Shown here: piece after piece, positions 45,501 through 53,300 of the stretch
Numbering within the stretch: position 1 is the stretch's first letter
How the letters are laid out: the number at the start of each line of letters is the position of its first letter
Assembly: GCA_016928855.1 (NCBI GenBank)
Contig: JAFGKA010000396.1
Coordinates: 4,044-68,043 of the forward strand
Length of the DNA stretch: 64,000 bases
Source of the DNA: Phycisphaerae bacterium
Lineage (GTDB): Bacteria; Planctomycetota; Phycisphaerae; UBA1845; PWPN01
Direction of reading: 5' to 3'
Program-made: the position numbers and the translations under genes
The notes under the pieces: model-generated
What the model was told of the DNA's origin: nothing
Seen by the model: only the letters and a program-made list of their open reading frames with translations
Databases searched by the model: none

Positions 45501-47886
45501 TCGTCGCTGCCTCGGCCGTTGCGAAGTACCAGTAGCGCGTCTCGATGCTGCCCGCGGCAGGCTCGACGTCGCTGATCGCGATATCGAAGCCATATGTGCC
45601 GGTGGTCAAACCGTAGGCCGCCTTGGAGATCCGGAACTCGGTGCTGTAACCGTCGCTGGTCAATGCCGCAGCTCCGATCCAACTGTTTGCCGGGTTCGCA
45701 CCTCCGGAGCCGGTTTGCCCACCCGCGTTGACGAGAAACTGCATGCGGTTGAAGCCCACGTTGGGCGTGGCACTGTTGTCGTGATCCAGGAACAATTCGA
45801 CGACGTCTGCTTCCCAGATGTTCGCTGCGGTCGGGACAACAAAGTCGTCCGTCACCGCCACTGCAATGTAGAGGTAGTCGTCGTCGTGCTTGAGATAGAC
45901 CGTCGCAGAGGTGTCCTCCAACGACGCCGTGCTGCCGATGGTCATAACGCCTGGCGGCACGGTGTTCAACGCATTCATTGTGAACACCTGGGCATCACTC
46001 CATTCGTCCGGAGCAATGAGGCCATTCGCGGTGACACCGTGAGTGGCAAAGGGAGCCTGCAGATCGCCCACCTCCGACTGTACCGTCAGCGCCACGGTCC
46101 GCGTGGTGTTGCCGCTGCCATTCGTTGTGTTGGTGAACGTGACGGTGTCGTTGTGGCTGCCGGCGGCCAGACTGTTGGCGCCGGAGTTGATCGACACGGT
46201 CACGGTGGTCGAGGCCCCCGCAGCCAGTGAGCCGCTCGTGGCCGACAGCGTGACCCACGACTGCGTCCTGGCAGCGGTCCAGTTGAGGGCCTGACTGCCG
46301 GTGTTGCTCAGCGTGTACGCCTGTGAGGTCGGGCTGAACGGCCCGCCGACCGAGCCGGAACTGCTCAGACCGCCGGCCGGCGTCACCTCCAACTCGCCGG
46401 TCGCGACGACGTCGATCGAAACTGTGGCCGGGATCGATTCAGCTACCCCGTCGTGACCCTTGAACGTGAATTCGAATGTGCCGATAGGGTCTGGTGTATA
46501 GAGCAATTGGTTGCCGCCATTCACCAGCACATAACCCGTCGAGCTTTGCACGTCGGCCAGGCTGATTACGTGTGCGTTGCCGACGTCGGTCAGCGTGCCC
46601 GACTCCGGCAGCGACATTACCACGAACGTCAGCGGCAGCGGCATTCCCTGGAGTGTCAAGAGCCTTGGGACCCCCTGCAGCGTCGAAGCCGATTGGCTGT
46701 CTACGACAGGCTGGAAGTTTGATGGCGGCGACGAAGGCCCACCACCACCGGGCCCAACGGCCGCCCTGATCGTGACAGGCTTCTCCGTACAGCTTACGTT
46801 CGCCGCGAAGCCGACGCCCATCGTAACGCAGAGCGATACCACGTATGTTCCGGATGCCGAGAAGGCGTGTGCAGCGGTCTTGCCCTCAGCCATCTGCCCG
46901 TCTCCGAAATTCCATCGGTACACACCTGCCGGAAGAGCGCCGCCGCCGATCGCCTTGGCTTCGAACGTGATCATCTCCAACGCATCGGCTTCAGCGGGTG
47001 TCGCGACGATTGTCATCGCCAGGTCGGCTGACGCAGCCTCCGCCGCGTTCAACACGACGACGGCGACCGTATCCATGGATGTCTTGATCCCGTCACTGGC
47101 CGTCAGAGAAAACGACAGTACCGTATCCGCATCCACGGAAGGCGCGACAAACGTGGCTGCCGCATTCGCGGCACCCGTAAGTTCAACAGGCGGACCCTCG
47201 AACTGAGCCCATCGGCACGACAACTCGCTACCGTTGTTCGAGCGCACATCCCCCACAAGGTGCACTGTATCGCCTTCATATGCAACCTGGTCAAGGCCGG
47301 CGGATGCGGTCACGCCGGGCTCCGCACCGTTGCCTTCGTCCTCGCCCACCGTGATTCGGACCACATCCTCACGAGTCCGACCAGACGAGTCGATTACGGT
47401 CAAAAGGAATTCGTAGACGCCTGCTTCCGTGGCCAGGAACGTCGGCCGGGGCGACTCGGCATCATTCAGCACAACCGGCGGTCCGGATAACTGCGTCCAG
47501 ACGTAGTGAAGGAGTCCGCCAGCCGGATCATAACTGGCTAGGGCATCCAACGTCACGATGCCGCCGAGTTCAGCAATCTGATCTTCGTCCGCATCGGCTA
47601 TCGGGCCATCAGGTGGCAGAACGGGCGCCCCCAGCGGCGAGCCCGGCTGATAGCAGGTCTGCCCAAGGCACATCGAGAACAGCACGCCGGCAATCATCAC
47701 GCGCACGACGCATCGGCGCCTCAATCGGCTGACAGCCCCGGCTGGCCGGGGAACCGAGTTGTTGTGAATCTCCGTGAGCGGACCGTACGGTTTGCGATAC
47801 AATCCGGCTTCGGTGTGACGAGCTGCGCGGGGAGTCCTTTCGCCCGGCGCGCAGGACGCGCGGTTGGCATGCAAAATCTTCATCAT
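42532..47886 (-). CDS. Giant secreted mosaic protein: PKD domains, three Ig-like repeats, CBM9-like domain and C-terminal right-handed beta-helix (polysaccharide lyase/hydrolase-like)
   Basis: 1784 aa. N-terminal hydrophobic anchor VMIAGVLFSMCLG. PKD signatures YRWNFGDGQ, FDWDLGDGT and YEWDFGNPDSGNW..YAVTLTVTDTDG. The CBM9-like segment reads VYLKHDDDYLYIAVAVTDDF..ADVVELFLDHDNS. The beta-helix turns read ISDNWFW, VTVRNNLARG, QVYNNTISN, LSVKNNIIY, SDNNCIY and the terminal DPLFVNAAGHDLRLQALSPCVDGG. The start codon is uncertain. Confidence 0.85.
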   Translation of the reverse strand: MMKILHANRASCAPGERTPRAARHTEAGLYRKPYGPLTEIHNNSVPRPAGAVSRLRRRCVVRVMIAGVLFSMCLGQTCYQPGSPLGAPVLPPDGPIADADEDQIAELGGIVTLDALASYDPAGGLLHYVWTQLSGPPVVLNDAESPRPTFLATEAGVYEFLLTVIDSSGRTREDVVRITVGEDEGNGAEPGVTASAGLDQVAYEGDTVHLVGDVRSNNGSELSCRWAQFEGPPVELTGAANAAATFVAPSVDADTVLSFSLTASDGIKTSMDTVAVVVLNAAEAASADLAMTIVATPAEADALEMITFEAKAIGGGALPAGVYRWNFGDGQMAEGKTAAHAFSASGTYVVSLCVTMGVGFAANVSCTEKPVTIRAAVGPGGGGPSSPPSNFQPVVDSQSASTLQGVPRLLTLQGMPLPLTFVVMSLPESGTLTDVGNAHVISLADVQSSTGYVLVNGGNQLLYTPDPIGTFEFTFKGHDGVAESIPATVSIDVVATGELEVTPAGGLSSSGSVGGPFSPTSQAYTLSNTGSQALNWTAARTQSWVTLSATSGSLAAGASTTVTVSINSGANSLAAGSHNDTVTFTNTTNGSGNTTRTVALTVQSEVGDLQAPFATHGVTANGLIAPDEWSDAQVFTMNALNTVPPGVMTIGSTASLEDTSATVYLKHDDDYLYIAVAVTDDFVVPTAANIWEADVVELFLDHDNSATPNVGFNRMQFLVNAGGQTGSGGANPANSWIGAAALTSDGYSTEFRISKAAYGLTTGTYGFDIAISDVEPAAGSIETRYWYFATAEAATNESLWGTIVLAPGAGAFSVSAAGGLSSYGNEGGPFEPQSITYTLTNTGGEPINWAAAKTQSWVSLSNAGGVLEAGASDTVQVSINGGANSLAVGSHSDTVTFTNTTNGDGTTTRAVSLNVTSANTAPAVNAGPDQAIMLPTISVNLVGAVTDDGLPDSPGAVALTWSKVSGPGTVAFSSTTSVNPTATFSEAGTYVLRLTATDGSLTSHDEMTVYVLPVITAQADPSSGTAPLVVQFTAMEGGSPASTVPADATFDWDLGDGTMATGAQVSHTYTSGGTFVAALTLTLAGGLGSFNCAPATTDVTPGGGATSGVLTVSPAGDLTSMGHEGGPFSPPSITYTLTNTGGESLNWTAARTQPWVSLSKTGGTLAVDASDTVEVSINSTANGLAADSYSDTVTFTTNADGGTTRAVDLTVLFPAMTTASRTSGVAPLGVFFDAVDEANPAWTSGVVQPGDGDYASYHYEWDFGNPDSGNWSTGRKNPDGSYPSKNTATNYLAAHVYETPGTYAVTLTVTDTDGVKHRYAQVITVSAFSGTTYYVSSSEGNDANPGTSEQAPLRTFAAAMTKLATNTRILFKRGDSWSTQTGASLAGIPGPGIIGAYGDGNRPVIQLTVADAILVNIAGQPDWRIMDLYVRGAGTPGRGIENHGHHGLTLRCYVTNFRNGIHNTGYGCGVLSVENELVDNTNYCAFTGSESSRRSGFLGIDFDTSGEHLIRTHVSKLLISHCAFQDTPVHAIKACPASDGSRYIVISDNWFWPNTGQWIVSVGAQDNRPVAGVPYEQVVIERNIWVATGGIAVQSRGADHVTVRNNLARGPDYLVAFGDGVPGFSTWTNWQVYNNTISNPLSFGRLVSGESAVNLSVKNNIIYTPTDVHDTYLVNLTGTSASAAEVTSDNNCIYAPNRSGGTLIRVADSYYTLAQWQALGNDENSTTNDPLFVNAAGHDLRLQALSPCVDGGVDLPWVRSDYGAGMRPQNIRTDMGALEYPAGN
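44254..44553 (-). repeat. Ig-like domain repeat copy 3 (100 aa)
   Basis: VSPAGDLTSMGHEGGPFSPPSITYTLTNTGGESLNWTAARTQPWVSLSKTGGTLAVDASDTVEVSINSTANGLAADSYSDTVTFTTNADGGTTRAVDLTV. Confidence 0.9.
45139..45447 (-). repeat. Ig-like domain repeat copy 2 (103 aa)
   Basis: VSAAGGLSSYGNEGGPFEPQSITYTLTNTGGEPINWAAAKTQSWVSLSNAGGVLEAGASDTVQVSINGGANSLAVGSHSDTVTFTNTTNGDGTTTRAVSLNVT. By my count 70 of 103 residues are identical to copy 1. Confidence 0.9.
46078..46386 (-). repeat. Ig-like domain repeat copy 1 (103 aa)
   Basis: VTPAGGLSSSGSVGGPFSPTSQAYTLSNTGSQALNWTAARTQSWVTLSATSGSLAAGASTTVTVSINSGANSLAAGSHNDTVTFTNTTNGSGNTTRTVALTVQ. Confidence 0.9.
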
Positions 47887-48468
47887 TCCCCGTTACCCCT
47901 GTTTGGTGACCAAGGGGGGATGTACAATCCGTTATTGTGGCAAGCAAGGCGGCCTGGGAATAATAGGTAATTTCTTGAACACATTCACGTTATCGGATGC
48001 GATGTCGTTTCGTCTTCATGTGGCGTTGACCCCAAAGTGCTGCGAAGAATGCCGCGGCATCGAAGGGAGACGCACGTTGTTCGTTGCCTGTACCACACAC
48101 CCGCATCGAGCAAGTGGACGTCCCGAGGTTTGGAACGGCGGCTGGTTTGCGGTGAGACTCTTCTGCCGATGTTTTTATCGGGCCTTCCAGGTGCGAGGTC
48201 AATAGGTCTTTGGGAATAATGTGCCATGTGGAATACACGTTACCGGAGAAGACGACATTGGAAATCGATGACGCATCGCATCTGCGACGGCTTATGCCCT
48301 GATGCGCTGACTGGACGCACTGGCGAACCTGTAAGTGTGTATGCCCCGAAGGCACTTCAAGGGTGCATTCAGCGATGTCGATAGCGAGGCGGAAGCGTTG
48401 CCTGCCGGTGCCGGCACGGAACGGAAGGGGACGCATCGTCCGAAGTCGCATGAATTGGCCATTCAAAC

Positions 48469-50343
48469 GTGTCGGCGGTGCCCAGCATGTGTAGACGCCG
48501 GGATTCAGAAAGGAGCCGCGTGGCTGTTAGAAGAGTACTACTGTGCTTGGCCTATATCGGGAGCGCCGTTGCTCTGGCAGGTGGCTGCGATGCCGGATTA
48601 CCGCTACCCCTGGGGGCGGGGCCGACCAGTGGTCTCGAGGGCGATACGGTGGCGGACGAGCTGATTGTCGCGGCGCGTCCCGGCGCAAAACGAGACGAAA
48701 TCATTCAGCTTTGCGAGGGCGTGGGGGCCACAGTCCTGGATGAGGTCGCCGAATTGTCCATGTATCGGCTGCGTGTCGCTCAGCGCGAGCGAGAGGCCGT
48801 TCGCGCCTCACTTATGGGAATGGCGCAAATTGAAGGCGTCCTCGACAATCGGGTCTATACCCGCCAGACGGCCCCGAATGACCCGGAATACTGGCAGCAA
48901 TGGCACCTCGACGCGATTCGTGTCGCAGAAGCATGGGCAATTGCGACGGGCAGCGAAGCAATACCCGTGGCAGTACTGGACACGGGCATCGATCGGACGC
49001 ACGTCGATCTCGTCGCCAAGGTCGGCGACGGCTGGAATGTCCAAAACAGCACGGGCGACATATCGGACCTGCTCGGGCATGGTACCGCGGTTGCCGGCCT
49101 GATCGGGGCAACAACGGACAACGGAATCGGGATCGCCTCGGTAGCCAGAAACAACCCGATTCTGGCGATTCGCGTAACCGATGAGGCGGGCCGCGCGACG
49201 AGCTGGGTGCTCGCGGCGGGCATCCGGGCCGCCATGGGCTTTGGCGCAAGGGTGATCAACATCTCGTTCGCGCCGCTGTACGACGACAGGATTGTACTGG
49301 GGCAGGCGGAACTGGCCATGCTTCGAGGAGCACTCGTTTTGGCTTCTGCGGGCAACAGCGGGATGCGGGTGGATGCCGGGGAAACCGATGCCGTCGTGTT
49401 TGTCGGTGCGGTGGATCGGCAGGATCAGCTTGCAGCCTTCTCGACCCACGGCGATTTCCTTGACCTGGTTGCGCCGGGCGTGAACGTGTTGACGACGGCG
49501 TCGGGGGGCGGCTATACGAGCTTGTCCGGCACGTCGTTTTCGGCACCGCTGGTATCCGGGGTGGCTGCGCTGGCGTGGTCCGCCAATCCGGACCTGCGCC
49601 CACTAACCATACGAAGGATATTGACGAGCACGGCCCGGAACCTCGGCACTCCCGGCTGGAACGCCTCGTTCGGCCAGGGCTGCGTCGATGCGGCGGCAGC
49701 CGTCAGGTCCGCCCAGCTCCTGGTGGAGGCCACCGACAGTACAAAACCGACAGTAATGATTCAATCCCCGCTGAATGAGGCGTCGATATCGAAGGCCACG
49801 CCGGTCGAGGTCTGGGCCAGCGACAACGATGCCGTGGCCGAGGTCGTCCTGCTTCTGAACGGTGTGGCGGTGGCGGCCGACGCGGTCCGTCCCTGCTCGT
49901 TCGCGCTGGATCCGGTCAGATTCTCGACCGGAACACATCCGCTGACCGCCCGGGCGTTTGACATGGCGGGCAGTTGGGCCGACGCGTCGATTTCCGTTAC
50001 CTTTGGCGGGGCCACCGATTCCACACGGCCGACCGTCAACATCATCAGCCCCAGGGATGGTGCGACAGTTCGGGGAATTGTCAGTATAATTGCGGAAGCA
50101 AAGGGCGACCGCAGCCTCCGATGGGCAGAGATCCTTGTGGACGACAGGTTGATCACCGTGTTTCCCTGTTGTCCGACACTGAGGCGCGGGTTGCCTTCAA
50201 TTGGAATCCGGCGGCGACCGGTCATGTGGGCGGCTGGCACTGGATCGCTGTCTGGATCACCGATGCCTCAGGCGACCAGGCCGCAGCTTCGGTCCGGGTT
50301 TGGACGGAGTGATGGCGTCTGCGACATGGTCGGCTTGGGGTAG
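48469..50343 (+). CDS. Subtilisin-like (S8) serine protease with two C-terminal Ig-like domains; reading frame broken near 50158-50163
   Basis: The catalytic triad motifs are AVLDTGIDRTHVDL, HGTAVAGLIG and GTSFSAPLVSGVAALAW. There is an N-terminal signal ending VALAGGC and an I9-like propeptide. After ..AEILVDDRLITV the sensible continuation SLLSDTEARVAFNWNPAATGHVGGWHWIAVWITDASGDQAAASVRVWTE is in the frame of ORF 49974-50312. Confidence 0.85.
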   Translation: MSAVPSMCRRRDSERSRVAVRRVLLCLAYIGSAVALAGGCDAGLPLPLGAGPTSGLEGDTVADELIVAARPGAKRDEIIQLCEGVGATVLDEVAELSMYRLRVAQREREAVRASLMGMAQIEGVLDNRVYTRQTAPNDPEYWQQWHLDAIRVAEAWAIATGSEAIPVAVLDTGIDRTHVDLVAKVGDGWNVQNSTGDISDLLGHGTAVAGLIGATTDNGIGIASVARNNPILAIRVTDEAGRATSWVLAAGIRAAMGFGARVINISFAPLYDDRIVLGQAELAMLRGALVLASAGNSGMRVDAGETDAVVFVGAVDRQDQLAAFSTHGDFLDLVAPGVNVLTTASGGGYTSLSGTSFSAPLVSGVAALAWSANPDLRPLTIRRILTSTARNLGTPGWNASFGQGCVDAAAAVRSAQLLVEATDSTKPTVMIQSPLNEASISKATPVEVWASDNDAVAEVVLLLNGVAVAADAVRPCSFALDPVRFSTGTHPLTARAFDMAGSWADASISVTFGGATDSTRPTVNIISPRDGATVRGIVSIIAEAKGDRSLRWAEILVDDRLITVFPCCPTLRRGLPSIGIRRRPVMWAAGTGSLSGSPMPQATRPQLRSGFGRSDGVCDMVGLG

Positions 50344-50392
50344 CTCCCGGCTGGCGCATGGACCCGCTCCGAGCCGCCACAAGGTATCGCTG

Positions 50393-53300
50393 ATGATGAA
50401 TGAGCGTCGCACGAGTCGCACCCTACGCCTCTCAATCGTCCTCCTGGTCATTGCCGGCTGCGTCAGCGGTGGCTACGTCGCCCACAAGTACCGCAAGCGG
50501 GCGGCGGTGGAAGCCTCGCTGGGCCGCGGGCTCAAAGCCTACGAATCCAAGCAATACAGGCTGGCCGCATTCGAGTTGGGTCGATACCTGACCGTGCATC
50601 GCGATGATGTCGACGTGCTGCTGCAGTACGCCGATGCCCAATATCAGCGTCGCCCACGAACTCAGGGTTCAATCGATCAGGCGATCGCGGCGTTGGAGGC
50701 GGTGCTGCGCCGGGATCCGGCCCACCCGAAGGCAGCCGAACAACTGACGAGGCTGTACCTGTACGAAGTGAATTTGCCGATCGAGGCTGAACGCGTCGCG
50801 AGAGCGTGGATGGCTGCCGCGCCGACGAATCCGGCAGCTCGCCGACAACTGGCCGTCGCGCTGGCAATGAGAGACCAACGGGCCGAAGCGCTGGCGCTGA
50901 TCGAGGATGTCCTGACCGAGCACCCGGAGGATATTGACGCGCCCCGGGTATTCGTGCGGATCATGTTTGCAGAAGGTTACCAGGCAGCCAACCAGGCAAT
51001 CGATGCAGGGGATCCCGCGCCCACGGAACCTACGGGCGAGCCGGAAGATCGGCACGACTCGCCCGGGGTCGCATGCCTGCATCGGCTGGAAGAACTGGCT
51101 ACGCAACACCCGGACCTTCCTGGGATCCGAGTCGCCTTGGCCGGGCTTCTTCGGGTATTCGTTGACAACCATAACCGCAGCCTGAGCCAGCAGCGGGCGC
51201 TGGCCATCGAGCACCTCGACAGCGCGGAAAAGGGCCAGGATCTCGATCTGGGTCTGCTCGTCGACATTGCCCAGATCTGGGTCAACATGGGCCTGTTCAA
51301 TCGGGCCGCGGCTACATTCGATCGGGCCGAGCAACTCGATCCGGACAGGATTGAGGTCTACGTCGCACGGGCATCAGTGGCGATGCTGTTGGAGGACTAC
51401 ACAGAGGGGGCGGCGGTATCGGATCGCGGGTTACAGACCAACGTCGGTGAACGACGCATGGATCTGCTGCCGTTGGCGGCTGAATGCTATGCACGCGTCA
51501 ATCGAGAGGAAGATGCCGAACGCTGTATTGAGGAACTCAGGGCGGGTAACGCCGGATCGGACGTACTGGTCTACTTACAGGCAGTAAATGACCTGGCTCA
51601 GCATCGGCTCGAACGGGCGATCGCGGGCCTTGAAGAGGCCGTCCACCGCAACGCAAGGTCGTCGAGAGCCCAACGGGCGTTCGCACGGGCCCTGCTGGCT
51701 GGAGGGCAAGCGGAACGCGCGCTGGCGCCGATGCGCGAATACGTCCGACTCGAACGCGAGCGAGGCTTAAAGGTGGTGCCTGGTGAAATCGAGTTAGCCG
51801 AGTTGTATGCCCAGTTGGGAAGGTGGACCGAAGCCATCCATCTCGCCCAGGCGACGGAGGAACATGCCTTTGTCTTTGCCAACTGGATGTACGTTCGCGC
51901 GGCAATGACCAGTATTGAGATTCAGGCAAGAGCTGCCCGACCGGGCGGGCCTAAGCCTAACCCGGCGATGTTGGACACGTTACAGGCGCGCCTGGCAGGC
52001 TTCATGAGCCATCCGGCCGCCGCCGAACTTGATAGACTACAGGTACTCTCGGCCCGCCTGCACGCCTGGCAGGGCCAAGTCGATCAAGCGATCGATACTC
52101 TGCGGGCACTGCGCCAGACCGCGCCGGAGCCGCTGGAACTGACCCGGGAAATCGTCGAGTTGCTGTCCCAGGCTCAACGGTATGACGACGCGATTGCCGA
52201 ATGCCAGGCGGCGTCGGCCACAGCCGGGCCGCAAGTCCGGATCCTGTTGGGTCAGACGGTGGCCGAACTGCAATTGGCTCAAGGACAAGCGGAGGCGGCG
52301 CTGGCGAATCTGGAGACCGTGGCCGGGCAACTGGAGGGCTCAGACCGGGCGCCCGTGGAATTGAGGCGGGCCGAGATCCTGCTCGGTCAGCAACGGCATG
52401 CAGAAGCTGGCGCGCTGCTCCGGCGGGTGGCGGACGACGACCGTCAGAACGTGCGGGCCAGACTACTGCTTCTGGGGATACCGTCCACGGTGGATCCGCG
52501 TCTGGATCGGCAGGAGATCATTGATGAGATCAAGACGATCGAGGGTGAGAACGGCCTATACTGGCGCTATGCGCAAGCGGCGCTCTGGCTGCGGGAGGAA
52601 GACTGGGCATCACGCGCGACGGGCATCGAGCGGCTGCTAAGAGAGTGCATCGAACGCCACCCGTCGTGGTTTGACCCCATGGACGCGCTGGTTCGCCTGC
52701 ACGAGCGGGTCGGCGGCTGGGATAAGGCCTTGGCGACAATCGAGGAACTAATCTCACAAGACGCCACGGATGAGCCCACTCGCCTGCGATTGCAGGTGCA
52801 AATGATCGAACTGGCCAGCCGGGCGGAACGCTGGGCGGAGGCCGATGCGGCCTTGGCCGACCTGCCGGTCAGTCTGGACGATGCCGAACTGCAACGAGCC
52901 ATTGATGGGTGCCGGCTGGCCCAGGCGGTTCGCCGGGGCGATACCGCGCGGGCTCAGCGCCTTCTTGAAGAACGGATCAGTGATCCGACCGACTTCCGGT
53001 CCCGGTTGCATTTGGCTGATCTGATGCAATCCGAGCCAGCCGGACCGATGACCGGCGACACTGCGGCCCGGGTGAAAGCGTTGATTGATGAGGCCGAGCG
53101 GCTGGCTCCCGATCATCCAGATGTCCTTTTGGCCCAGATCAGGTGGCTGATCAACCAGTCGCGGTTCGACGACGCTGTCGACTTGTGCACTGCGGCTGTT
53201 GAATCCGGACAGCATCCGGACGCGCTCCTGCTTCGGGCGCGGGCGCGCGAGGCGCAGGGCGAGTTGGATCTTGCCGCCGAGGACTTCCGCCGGTATACCG

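Noticed and set aside
44254-46386. Regularly spaced ~300-nt repeats considered as a possible CRISPR-like or satellite array
   Set aside because: The repeats are ~300 nt, diverged (about two-thirds amino-acid identity) and in frame within one ORF. They are protein domain repeats, not a CRISPR array.
47990-48466. 158-aa minus-strand ORF (and 47864-48205 plus) in the divergent region between the giant gene and the protease
   Set aside because: I recognise no motifs, composition is mixed, and the position is consistent with a shared promoter region. Neither is called as a gene, though a small regulator cannot be excluded.
50201-50392. Upstream extension of the TPR ORF overlapping the protease 3' end
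   Set aside because: The lipoprotein signal peptide begins at the ATG at 50393, and the upstream residues overlap both possible protease tails.
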